Below, piece by piece: positions 26,431 through 38,329 of a stretch of 64,000 nucleotides of DNA. The DNA is from Octopus bimaculoides (lineage: Eukaryota). Below the pieces are notes generated by a model. It ran no database searches and was not told the DNA's origin. It saw only the letters and a program-made list of their open reading frames with translations. Each line of letters starts with the position of its first letter. The stretch's first letter is position 1. The position numbers were made by a program, and so were the translations under genes. The DNA is taken from positions 85,830,611 through 85,894,610 of the forward strand of contig NC_068983.1 in assembly GCF_001194135.2 (NCBI RefSeq), in the 5' to 3' direction.

Positions 26431-28024
26431 GCATATATATTACACACACACACACACAGCACATCATTATTTCTATGCTTGCATAGTACAACTGAAAGTT
26501 TACTGGAGCAGAATTTTTCTCTGGCCAGATGCCCTTCTTGAGGCTAACCCTCACCTGTTTCCAGGCAAGGTAATAATCCCCTCCAGTCAATCAAACAACA
26601 AACAACCTGGTCATGCTTTGCCTGAATGGTGAGGCTTTTGTTTGCAATCAGAACAAGAGGAAGAACACATTCAATTACACACAAGGCAAACTTCTTCCAG
26701 TTTCCACCTACCATTTTCATTCACAAGGGGTTGATCTCCCACAGTTATAGTTTGGTCCCTAACAAAGGGGTTTCAAAGTGAACTCCTGAACCACATAGCC
26801 ATATGTATGCCTACACATCCATGTATGATATTTAATTCCAGGTAAAAACAATGACACAATCTAAGCTGTAGTGATGTGGCTACACACACACACATATATA
26901 TATATATATGTGCATATATATATTATCTGAGTGAATACCATTTTAGCTATCAGTTAAGTTCGAGTTAACAGCTAACCACTTCAATCAGTATTTAACGTCT
27001 GTGACTACAACTTGTTGCAAGTCACTCAGTGAACTCTTCCAATAGGTAATTCTCTGTGTGCTTCACTGGATGGTGAAAATTGTTTGGAGTATATATTATT
27101 ATCATTATTATCAATAATAAAGAGTATGGAGACTTAGTAGTCACTGCAACAGAAACACGTATAGGTCGTTACAAGATACTGTATAAGATTATAAAATATA
27201 TTTTGTGGATGTACAAGTCTCCATACTCTTTATCAGTAACAATAATTATATATATCATAGATACTTGTGTATCGCAAATCCATGTAGCCAAGGAAGATTT
27301 TGTCTCAACCAAGACTATATAAAGCCAAGATTAACTTCAATGCATTGCAGTTTGATGACAGCTTAAATGGCTGAAACTTTGAAGTCACTGTCAATAATAT
27401 TCTTGCTTAAGAATAATAAATTTGTACTCCATAGCAGTATAGATTAACGTAAAATTGTTTTTATTATAATTGAACATAAAAAAATAAACATTAACATACA
27501 TATAGAGACACACACGTACAATACATAATATATAAACGCAATATATAAGACATTCACACAATATGTAATATTTACACACATATAAATCCAACCCATGCAA
27601 GCATGGAAAAATGGATATTAAATGATGATGGTGATGATACACATGCAAATACACACACATAATGCATAATATACAAACACCCACACATGCAATATATACA
27701 AGCCAATACATAATATAGAGATATATGTAGACACAGTTGAGAGATAGAAAGCAGTAGACAGAAATGCTTGGACAAAAAAGTAATCAAAGATAGATTGGCT
27801 CATTGGATGTCTTTGTGCTCAAATGTCCAATGAGGATATTGTTCCAAATGATGTAATAAAAAGAAACAGATTGATGAGAAAAATAGACATGAATAGAGAA
27901 AGTGATAAAAGAACACAATATGACAAAGAGCAAGAGATAAAGATAGATATGTGCAGATTGATAAATAAGATGAACAAAGAGATATCAGGGAAATATAGAC
28001 AGACACTGATAAGCATATATATAT

Positions 28025-28225
28025 TCTTTTACTCATTTACTTGTTTCAGTCATTTGACTGCGGCCATGCTGGAGCACCACCTTTAATCGAGCAAATCGAC
28101 CCCGGGACTTATTCTTTGTAAGCCTAGTACTTATTCTATCAGTCTCTTTTGCTGAACCGCTAAATGACGGGGACATAAACACACCAGCATCGGTTGTCAA
28201 GCAATGCTAGGGGGACAAACACACA
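28025..28225 (-). mobile_element. Interspersed SINE-like repeat, family C
   Basis: tttacttgtttcagtcatttgactgcggccatgctggagcacc...gacttattc...gtacttattctatc. Also at about 1355-1545, 3635-3750, 18290-18490, 23845-24020 and 26140-26260. Confidence 0.75.
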
Positions 28226-29164
28226 CACACATATATATATATATATACATATATACGATGGGCTTATATATATATATATATAATAGCAAAGAATAGTGAT
28301 GACTAAGGTACCATGGCGAGGGAATATAGTTGATTAACTTGATTTCAAAATATTGTTACCTATTTAATCAATTTTACAGTGGTGGGAGAAAAGTTAACTT
28401 GTTAACCCACACTATTTGGTTGAAGCCAGCTCTTCCACACAAACTGTTATAGCAGAAGTCCCTATAACAATTAAGTGTGAGAGAAAATAAAATAGCATAA
28501 GTGTGATTGTATCATCAGAAATATTTTAGCCTCTCAACAACTGGTATAAAACCACCCTCACTTCTTCCTTTTTCTCTCTCTTTCAAATTAGTTGGTAATC
28601 GCACTTGTGCCACTGTCACAAAAAAAAAAGAAAGAAAAAAAAGCCCAGTACATACAGTAAAGCGGTTGGTGTTAGGAAGGGCATCCAATCATCGAAACCA
28701 TGCCAAAACTGATATTGATGCTTGTTGGATGTCAAACCATCCAACTCATGCTAGCATGGAAAAATGGGTGTTAAATGACTGAAAAATGATCAGCTTTCAA
28801 TAAGTTCAAGTACAGGAGTTAAATGAACGTAGATCCCAGATTTGCTTCACTAGCAACTCGTGAAATATGTTACAGCACTTGTTTTATACACAATATGAAA
28901 TTTTTTTAAAAGCAAGTGAGATTCTTTATCACAACGGTTTGAGCCCCCCCGCCATGAAAACCTAATCAGAAAATAAGAAATTCTGCTGAAATTTTGAATA
29001 ACATTTATGCAAAGCCCTGTCATAACTAGAACACTATATCTAATTCTAGAAATTAATTCCAAAATGGTTATGGATGAAAGCCCATCTTGGCAAGAAAAAA
29101 AAAAAAAAGAAAAATATATTCATAGCTAGCCTTTGAGATATATGAAAACAAGAAATATATGATG

Positions 29165-29318
29165 GGAGTGGTTGGCATTAGGAAGGGCATCCAGCTGTAG
29201 AAACTCTGCCAAATTAGATTGGAGCCTGGTGTTGCCATCCGGTTTCACCAGTCCTCAGTCAAATCGTCCAACCCATGCTAGCATGGAAAGCGGACGTTAA
29301 ACGATGATGATGATGATG
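29165..29318 (+). mobile_element. Young RTE-tail repeat, family B, ending in (GAT)n
   Basis: ccagtcctcagtcaaatcgtccaacccatgctagcatggaaagcggacgttaaacga recurs essentially unchanged near 52670 (+) and, reverse-complemented, near 9890 and 22660. Confidence 0.85.
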
Positions 29319-30402
29319 AAGACTAGCTAAGATTGAAAGATACATGGGCAAAATAATTAAATTAAAGAAAGCAATTTGGGAAGATTGTGAGCTTTGTGAT
29401 TATGACACTATAAAGAGAAAGGTATTGGCTAGAATTGTCAAAACAAACTGACTTCCCTGTGTCAAGTAGAAATGCAAACTCCTAGTATCAAAGTATTTTC
29501 TGGTTCATTTGCATACAACTACTACCAATAATAATGATGAAGATGATTTCTTAGCTTGTCACACAAGCCACAAATTTGTAAGAGAAGAGCATATCTTATG
29601 AATCTCAGTGGATTAAAAGTTAGTCAACATAAGCGAGCTTTGATTTCACAATGTTAAGTAATGATTCTATATACTTCAAGGAATTTAAGCTTGGCATTCA
29701 ATCCTTTCCATCATTCACCTCCCTTTTATATTGGTTTCAAATTTTGGGACAAGGCCAACAATTTAGTGGAAAGAGGTAAGTTGATTACAACAACCCCCAG
29801 TGATCAGCTGATACTTCTTACATCTCTTTTATATTAATATCGCCAAGAGCATTATAAAATATTGTTATTACACACAACAGTTCTGACCAACTGGGTTGAA
29901 AATTTTATTGAAAGAATAATCAGCAAATTTATTACATTTTTAGACAGAAGAGAGTGTATGCATGACTGTTATTTAGGAAGGGGCAGGAAAATACACGCCC
30001 ACTACTACCACAAAAAAAAAAACCCCTCTTTAGTGCAAATGTTTATTTTCATAACCCTTTCAAATATCACAGAAAAGCCCAAATAAAATTTAAAAAAATA
30101 TATATCCCCCAACAATAATTTCTAACATAAAAAAATGGTCAGAAATAGCAAGAAAGGGAACAGTCAATTGCATGTCAACCCCAGTATATGACTGGTACTT
30201 TATTGATCCTGGAAGGATGAAAGGCAAAGAAGTTAATTTTGGTAGGATTTGGAATCAGAGCATATTGAGTTGTAAATACCACAGCGTATTTTGTCCAACA
30301 CTCTTAACGATTTTTGCCCCAAACTACCAAACCCCTATCTTAACTCTAGTAATAAAACATAAAATCAATAAATTAAAACTTGAAATATATATCAACCAAA
30401 CA

Positions 30403-30420
30403 TTTATTTTACTTTTTATT
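30403..30420 (-). promoter_or_regulatory. Two candidate AATAAA polyadenylation signals for HAT1
   Basis: tttatt on + at 30403-30408 and 30415-30420, about 125-140 nt downstream of the stop at 30544. The hexamer is common in AT-rich DNA. Confidence 0.35.
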
Positions 30421-30543
30421 TCCAAACAGATCAATTTGACAAATGCATCTGAACCAGTTCTACTTTAGAATTAGCACCCCTATCCATTCCTCCAGCTTCT
30501 CATTAAACACCCGTTTGTTTATCATTAATTTTGTTCTTTACAG

Positions 30544-30873
30544 TTATTTAGTTTTATTGTGTTTGTGTTTGTGTTTGTGGTGTTTGTGTGTGTTATTTCT
30601 CCTCTCCTTATGCTGCCTGCTTTCTTTCTGTTCTGCTGTGCATTTTTTTCTCCTTTTTTTCTTTTTAGCTGATTCCAATGGTGACGATGAGGATGAAGAT
30701 GACAAAGTCGACGATGAAGACACCTTACGTTTTAACCTGCTCAATACCAGTTTGTAATTCTCATAAAGCATCTGGAACTGTATGTCTAAGTGCAAATATC
30801 TCCTCTCCAGCACCGATTGTAGTTTTTTAGGGTTGAGCATCAAACAGAGCTTCGGCAAGCTTTTACCTGACCT
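30544..30873 (-). CDS. HAT1: Probable HAT1 terminal coding exon (phase 0): RSGKSLPKLCLMLNPKKLQSVLERRYLHLDIQFQMLYENYKLVLSRLK, then a low-complexity tail to a stop at 30544-30546
   Basis: Acceptor ttttcag|AGG has the required phase. LDIQFQMLYENYKLVLSRL aligns to remembered human LEESFQELVEDYRRVIERL at 9/19 identities, and SLPKLCLMLNPKKL resembles DLAKMRKCLRPEEL. The 3' boundary is uncertain because of a possible donor at 30728. Confidence 0.72.
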   Translation of the reverse strand, partial: RSGKSLPKLCLMLNPKKLQSVLERRYLHLDIQFQMLYENYKLVLSRLKRKVSSSSTLSSSSSSSPLESAKKKKRRKKCTAEQKESRQHKERRNNTHKHHKHKHKHNKTK

Positions 30874-31070
30874 CTGAAAATGAATAATAAATGTTGTGAG
30901 TAATCTAATGTTTAGCTAGTTTTTTTGTTAGAGAGAGAGAGAGAGAGATATGCAGAGATAAAGAAGGAGTGAAGAAAAACAGAGAAAGATATAAAACGAA
31001 AGTGAAGAAGCAAAAAGCAGCAAGAAGATTTAACTGCCTATAGAGCTCTATTAACTGCTTCATGTGCAGC

Positions 31071-31122
<52 letters not shown>

Positions 31123-33839
31123 AAGAGAGAGCAANNNNNNNNNNCCTATTAGAATACCCCAAAAAAAAAAAAAAAAATAACAAGAATAAACTGTACTTCA
31201 AAACAATGCTTTCACAAATGGAGTGCATAAATGTAGGGATAAGACAATATTGCAGTTGTTGAAAGGTGGAACATACGGTACAGAAGATTGAAAGAGGACT
31301 TCTAAAATTAGAGGTTTCTTGGTTTTCTCTACTTCTGCACTTGTCTTGCCCACTAAATTAACCCATTTAGTTCGTTAAGGGCATCACTACCCAACAACTA
31401 CCTGTCATCTAGAATTTAGTTGGGAGATCACCTTTTTCCAAGTTACTGTAATTTCCGACATAAAAGTTCAATTTTTCAGACTAAAATTTATAGTCCCCCA
31501 AAAAGGTAGGTAGACTTAATACATCAAAAAAACATTCCACGAAAACTGCAACAAGATTTGGTAAAATAGTGATGATGTTTGAATGTTTATGCTATATACT
31601 AGGTCAAATTGTATGCTGGAAAATATGGTACATACAGAATGGTAAGATTGGATATGATAAAACAGTCACCAATTTCAAAGAAATCAATCACTTATATTCA
31701 GTGTGAGAAGCATCATTGCATCATACAATGTCAGATGGTCCTGAGCTAGGTGGTGGCATGCCTAATCCCAGCCCAATCAGGGTTGATCTAGGGCCTTACT
31801 TAACAATAGCCTTTTAAGTATGAACAAATGAGGATGCTGTTATGCAGTCATTCAACCAACTGGAAACAGTAACCAAACCTATCTAAAATCAGTTTTTACT
31901 TAGTCTTACAGAAGGAAGGATACATTAGATAATTCCCAGATACATTGTGTAAAAAAAAAAAAAGAAGCCCATTGGCTATATATATATATCTGCCTGGGGT
32001 TCAACAGCTACCAGCAGAAAAGAAGCTCAGGCTGGCTCTGTGGTTCAATACTGTAATGACTTGTGTAAGCACAACAACGTCTAAGGAAATTGTTTAGAAG
32101 GCTTGATTCAAATGATACACAGAGTAGGTCAAGTAGCTATGATGAAGTAGTAGTAGTGGTGGTGGCAGCAGCAGTTGCTTCATGCTTATAAATTCAAACT
32201 GAGTATGGCTAGACACAAAAAGTACATGAAATGAAAGTCAATTGAAAGTGGCTATTGAACTCCTATCTCTTAGCTGAAAAGAATGGAGATGAGATAAATA
32301 TAGGGGACAATTAACGCTTAACTCCTTTGCGAACATATTCCTTATAGGTATGTATTGCTTTTGTTTGAAGTAACTTTCAAAGTGTTAAAGAAACGAGGAG
32401 TTTAATTAAATCAGTGGTTTTATTTCACACAATTAGTGGCCTCAGAAAGTTAGAACTGAAATGGTTTAAGTGAAGTGAAAAACTGTGGAGAGTACTGTGT
32501 AACAAATTCTATTAATACATTTCCATCAGGTCATCTAAGCTCTATGGCAACCCTACAGTTTGCTTTCCTCCCTTTACATTCTGAACGAAATATCACTAGA
32601 ATAAACTTTGGCTGTTGTTCATCCTTGGCAAGCTTGACTAAGTCTTTTATCCTCCAGGCTGACAAAAACAAATACCAGTAAATAACCACCTGTCTCCCTA
32701 GGAAGAATTTAGCCTTGTGTCTAGTCAAATGTAAGCAAGAATTTAAGTCTGATGATTTGTCATTTCTGTCTTTGACTTACATTTCTAACACTACTGACTG
32801 TGAAAGAGGAATAGTGTGTATGCGTGTGTGTTTCAAAATACATGCAAGCGACATCAATTTCATCACTAGAGAAGGGCAACTGATGACTCAGTAGTAACGA
32901 GCTGATTTAGATTGTAATTATCCATGAATTAAGTTCTTAACTTTCATGGGCTTGTTTCTATAACATTTCATCTCTCCCAAATCAATAGGCTGTCTGAAGA
33001 GCTTGACAAAAGCTGACCTATAGAGGATGTACAGATGACACCAATGTATTTAAATAGTGTTTTTCAGACGTGTTTGTATCAAGTATGGTTATTTTAATAA
33101 CAGTTAAGCTCAGTTTAACATCTGTTCAACAAGCTAAATATAGTGATATGCAACTATTTTTCTGAGCAGTTAAGGACTCATAATGACAGATGCTTGGCTA
33201 TGCTGTTAAGTAGATTAGATTCCAACCTATTTCAAATAACATTTTCAAATGTCCCAGTATCAATTCTTGAAAGCAAGAACTGTAAAAGCCAATGAAACAT
33301 ACAGATTTAAGTGTCCAGTTCAGATAATGGAATTGAACCAAAGCCCTAAGAAATCTAATTCCAAAATCCTTATCAACATAGTTTAGTAGATTATATATTC
33401 CTCCTCCTTCACATGTTCACACTATTTTATATATAGCATAAATATAACCACCATTCATTGTATACAATTACATTACATCCACTGGTCCTGTCTGTCTTTA
33501 TCCTTTTATATTCTATCAAAACTAAGAGGTAAAGAGAGAGCTGTAGATTTGATAGTGTGTGAGATAAAAAATGCTTTGTGGTATTTTGTCATGTCTTTTG
33601 GAGTTCAAATCCCACTGAAGCTGACTCTATCATCCAATCTTTGGAGATTCTAACAAAAAGTATCAGTCAAGTTGGTCTCATTAAGTGAGAAATCATTGCT
33701 ATAAAGAGATAAGATGACAGCAGTAGAACACCAAATATAGTGTTTTGTAGTATTTAGTTACATCCCCAAAATATGATTTATCAGATATAACTAATACAAA
33801 ATTGGTTCTGTTCTTGATAAAAAGAAACAATAATAATAA

Positions 33840-34040
33840 TAATAAGGCCTGAAATTTGAGGGGAGAGGACTAGTCACTTATATTGACCCCAGTATTTCAC
33901 TGGTAGTTAATTTATTGACCCTGAAAGGATGAAAAGCAAAGTTGACCACGGTGGAATTTGAACTCAGAACATAGCGATAGACAAAATATCGCTAAGCATT
34001 TCGTCCAGCATGTTAATAATTCTGTCAGCTTATGGCCTTA
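33840..34040 (-). mobile_element. tRNA-derived SINE, family D
   Basis: gaaaggatgaaaagcaaagttgaccacggtggaatttgaactcagaac...gctaagcatttcgtccagcatgttaa. Confidence 0.75.
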
Positions 34041-34057
34041 AATAATAATAATAATAA

Positions 34058-34892
34058 ATTCGTTTTATTGGCCACAAGGGCTTAATATCAATTAAAAACA
34101 TTTAAGGACAAAGACAGGACGAAGGTTTTGTCCAAAAAGGTAGGAAAGTTCGTCTAAACAGAGGAAGAAAACGGAGAAAGAAATAAATAAATAAATAGAA
34201 CTCCCAAAGGAGGAGGCGCTTCAAAAAAGGAAAGGTTACACGTGGAAAAACCCATAAAACCACGGGAGCCTGGTCAGAAAAAATAAGAAAGGGGTATAGA
34301 GCCCTTTCTCCTTTTACATTACCTTTTTTTTTTTTCTACAGGTGTATTCTCAGAATTGGTCCGTTTATACTGGCCATTCTTCCAACAGTCACCCATCTTT
34401 CAACGAATTTGCTGNNNNNNNNNNATATCACCTCTTTCGCTACAGCCACTAGGCATAGGAAAATTGCCTTGCCCTCCCGGTTAAAGGAGGTTGGCGGGTC
34501 AATCCTCACGATGGATTCAGCTGATAGCCGGATCCATCCTACACGTGACAGTAGCTGTTCGATATAAACCCACAGGTCAGCAATGCTCAGGCACTGGACG
34601 AGTGCGTGCAGAACGGTTTCGTCGTCCTGAGTGCACCTCGGGCAGGCTCGGTTGACGGCACTTCCATGTTGGTAGAGTTTATCTTGAACAGGTAGTGCAT
34701 CTCGGTAGCACTGCCAGGCGAGGGACCTTTGGAAATTATCCATGGGCCCCGGCCCGAAAGTTCTCCTGAACAGACTGTTTAGCTGATTATCCTCGACGCC
34801 TAGAGTTTCCCCGAGAACGTCGTCGCACTTTTCCTCCACTAACCCTCTATAGAACGCTAGAGTGGAGCTACTACCGATCGCACTGCCCGCCC
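34058..34892 (-). mobile_element. 5'-truncated Tx1/L1-clade LINE: ORF2 C-terminal zinc-binding region and 3' UTR
   Basis: ORF 34336-34839 'FQRSLAWQCYRDALPVQDKL...ACPRCTQDDETVLHALVQC...LW' is a zf-RVT-type CCHC motif. AATAAA near the 3' end, followed by (TTA)n. Confidence 0.88.
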
Positions 34893-34935
<43 letters not shown>

Positions 34936-36299
34936 TAATGAATTTGAAGAAGTTAAGTTCTTAGTGAGTGATCCTGATTTTCAGATAGATGCCAAAAGAA
35001 AAGTATGAATGTCTCTTTCACTTAATATAAATAGATATAAACAAATTCAGTCAAGCATTAAAGTTATTATTCAAGTGGAGTATCAGAACAGGACAGTTCC
35101 TCGAAGTTTTACATATCTTTACATTTTGAATTTAAATCCATTCTAAGTTAATAAAATATGTAAAGTCAAGTACTGAGATGGATTAAATTGACAACTCCAG
35201 TATTAAAAAAAGAAAAAAAAAAATAGTTAGAAAGCATTATTATAAGAAGCGAAATGGTTATGAAGCTAAAAGACTGGACTATTGACCAAACCTCACTACT
35301 AGAAAACCTATTGTGTTGTATATCTGAGCAGTGAGGCACCTAACGCTGTTTATTTCAATGTGATTGAGGAGGAAACAATATGTGAGACACTAGAACATCT
35401 ACTTACCTCAGTTTGCCTAACTGACAAACAAGTCCCACACCTACTCTACAACTGAGTGGCTGGTTTAATGGGGGAAAGAGCAACAGCTGCAAAATAGAAG
35501 TCATTTGAACTAAAATGCCTATCCTGCTTACACTATCAAACAAAGTTATGGAGTGTAAAATAGTGATGAAAAAAAAATGAATACATTTTCAGATGGTAGT
35601 GCCCTAGAATAGTTAAAGTGGTTAGAACCATTAAACCATGTGGTTTAGTAGCTGTTGAAGCCAAACTTAACTGCAACAATGGTATTGTGGCCTAAGGCAT
35701 GGTACATTATTCAAGCTTATTTCAATCTGTTCAGTTTATTCTTTTATTTGTTTCAGTCATTTGAAACAAGAAACAAGAAGAAAAAGAGAAAAAAAAAAAA
35801 TCAGCTTAGGATTTGTGCCATGTTCTTAAAATTCAGCAATATGGAGATTTGGTTTGGTGGTTAGTTAGGGATGTGTATCTCCTTGTTGTTGGTCTTCTGT
35901 AATAAGTGTCAGTGCTGCTCACTTTGGCATGAAGATGATGCTGACGAAGCTCACAAAGATCAGACTAGGGAAGAAGGGTTATGTGGCCAAGGATAAAAAG
36001 GCAAAGAACTCTCTCACAACTTCCTAGATGAAGTTGAGAAGAGACAGCACTGTGGCCTGTGAATATCTGTTCCAATATAATTGAAGTCCAATTTAAAAAA
36101 AAAAATAAGACAGTGCTAATGCCCACTGGCTAAAACCAGCAACAGGAGGTAAAACAGATTTGTAGGCCAAATAGGGCGAGGTTTTCACCAGTAGAAAGGC
36201 CATTCAACAATAAAACCATCTGCTCACAACACATCACAGAATAAATATATCAGCAATATGCCATTATTGTTCCATTTTTTGACACATTCCTCTTTGGTG

Positions 36300-36600
36300 T
36301 AAACTTGAAAGATTTCATTAAGCAAAACCGTGACAAATCCTGGATGTCAAATGGGATGACCAAGCAATGGCAAGAACAAAATCCACAAAAATCCCAAACC
36401 ATGAATGCCAATAGCTAGACGCAACAATACTAATGCCCACCAAATTCTGTAGTCCAAACTCAAAGAAGATAATTGACCGAGGGGTACACCAAAGAAACAC
36501 TTTTGTGACATCACCAAGGAGGTTATGCATTTTCTTATTTAGCATCCAACTTAACAACTGTGAAAAGTTAGCTGAAGATCCATAAGAACAGGAGGCAAGT
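36300..36600 (+). mobile_element. Degenerate RTE LINE 3' fragment
   Basis: Frameshifted remnants QILDVKW and HQIL..KLKEDN.PRGTPKKHFCDITK resemble RTE 'KQILYGEL..GKRPRGAPKKRFKD'. Confidence 0.6.
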
Positions 36601-36686
36601 ATGCATAGAAGGAAGAAGCTGTTGTGATGAATCAGATTTGATATAAGGTGAGGTATAAAAAGGAGAGATAGAGAGAGATATGAGAG

Positions 36687-36925
36687 AGAACAGTCAGTAT
36701 TTCTTTACTGCCCACAGGGACTAGACATAGAGGAGACAAACAAGGACAGGCAAAGGGATTAAGTCGATTATATTGATCCCAGTGTGTAATTGGTACTTAT
36801 TTGGCACCGAAAGGATGAAAGGCAAAGTTGACCTTGGTGGAATATGAATTCCGAATGTAACAGCAGACGAAATACTGCTAAGCATTTCGCCCAGCGTGCT
36901 AACGATTCTGCCAGCCCACTGCCCT
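36687..36925 (-). mobile_element. tRNA-derived SINE, family D (central 'ctttcatcctttcggggtcgataaa...gtaccag' block, Meta-domain-like)
   Basis: Head gagctggcagaatcgttagcacgctgggcgaaatgcttagc. Copies at about 7865, 12770, 25160, 25380, 30170, 33840, 38990, 52190, 57880 and 61600. The Meta assignment is from memory. Confidence 0.75.
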
Positions 36926-37067
36926 GAGAGAAGAGATCAATAATGACTTATGGGACAAGGGCCATCTCTGTAGCTGATTTTGTGGCTAAGGCTGCACCTC
37001 AAACCTTGGTGAACTCAGTCGAGAAAACTGGGAGCATCAATGGCAAAGAAGAAACCTTGAAAACATC

Positions 37068-37109
<42 letters not shown>

Positions 37110-37143
37110 GNNNNNNNNNNNNNNNNNNNNNNNNNNNNNGAGG

Positions 37144-37185
<42 letters not shown>

Positions 37186-38329
37186 TGCCAAAATGCTGAC
37201 AGAAAAGAAAAAAGAAAAAAGAAAAAGATGCAATGCAGTCATTTGAAAGACATTGGATATATTCCTCTATGTGTTATTGTATAATTGTTACAAACACTAG
37301 TAGACTGTTTAACATTTACAAGTTGAAAAACCAGTCTAAGCTTTTAGAAAAGTCGACTACTCAAATAAGTAAAAGAAAGAAAGAAACAAACAAATAACTA
37401 GCACACACGCTCAGCACTCCTTGCTCAATTCTTTTTTTAATTTTCCGCAATTACAGACAGGCTGCTGGAGGGAAGATGGAGGAGTTTCTGAATCCATGAC
37501 GAAATGAGTGAAACTTGAGGAAGAGGAGAGAGGGAGAGAGAGAAAGAGAGAAGGAAAGAGAGTGATGAACAAACTGTAAATCCAACCAGTTCCATTAGTA
37601 TACCACTAAGGAAGATTAAAGTTTGGGTGAACTAACTACTTTACACACTACTGCAGAAATTATGCAATTTTTATTTTCTTCATTTTAATCATCCGCCTTG
37701 TTGTTCCTCATGGCCTTTCAATATAGCATGCAATACAAACCACACTGACACATTGCTGCTGAGATATCACATGTATGCACGTAAACACACTGCCAAACAT
37801 ACCATCAACTCTGCACCACTTACACCCAAACTCAATTACATGCTCTTGCACCTTCTTCAGTTAACACACCCACCACAGCGTGGGTCTTTGATTAAGTAAC
37901 AAAAACACTTTGTCCAATACATGTACCTGATGGAAATCTTCATGTAGTTGCCAGACAGTAAAAAAAATATAACAAACAAGTCTTTTGAATCACCCTCCAG
38001 TCTTAAAATGGGGATAAACTTTTTTGTTTCGAAAACCAATTTTGACAAAAAAAATCCTTCACTTTTCCCATTTGTATTTTGAAAATAGATGAGACGTTCA
38101 TGGATAGAATGTCTTTGATCATAGACCTACTTGATCAGGACCAACCTGGGGCTCAACAAGAACAACATGTGGTCTAACTGCATTCTCAGACTGCCTTTCT
38201 GCATTTAATTATGAATCTTTTCAATGTAGGAGGTACTGACAAAACCAAGTGGTGGTGTTGTTCCTCATATTTCTTAGATTAGTGAATATAGTCCTACCCC
38301 TTTCACAGGAATAACGACAACAACAACAA

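Noticed and set aside
32878-33000. TGATGA...CTGA resembling a C/D-box snoRNA
   Set aside because: Antisense to the host intron, no terminal stem, and the motifs are too short to be significant.
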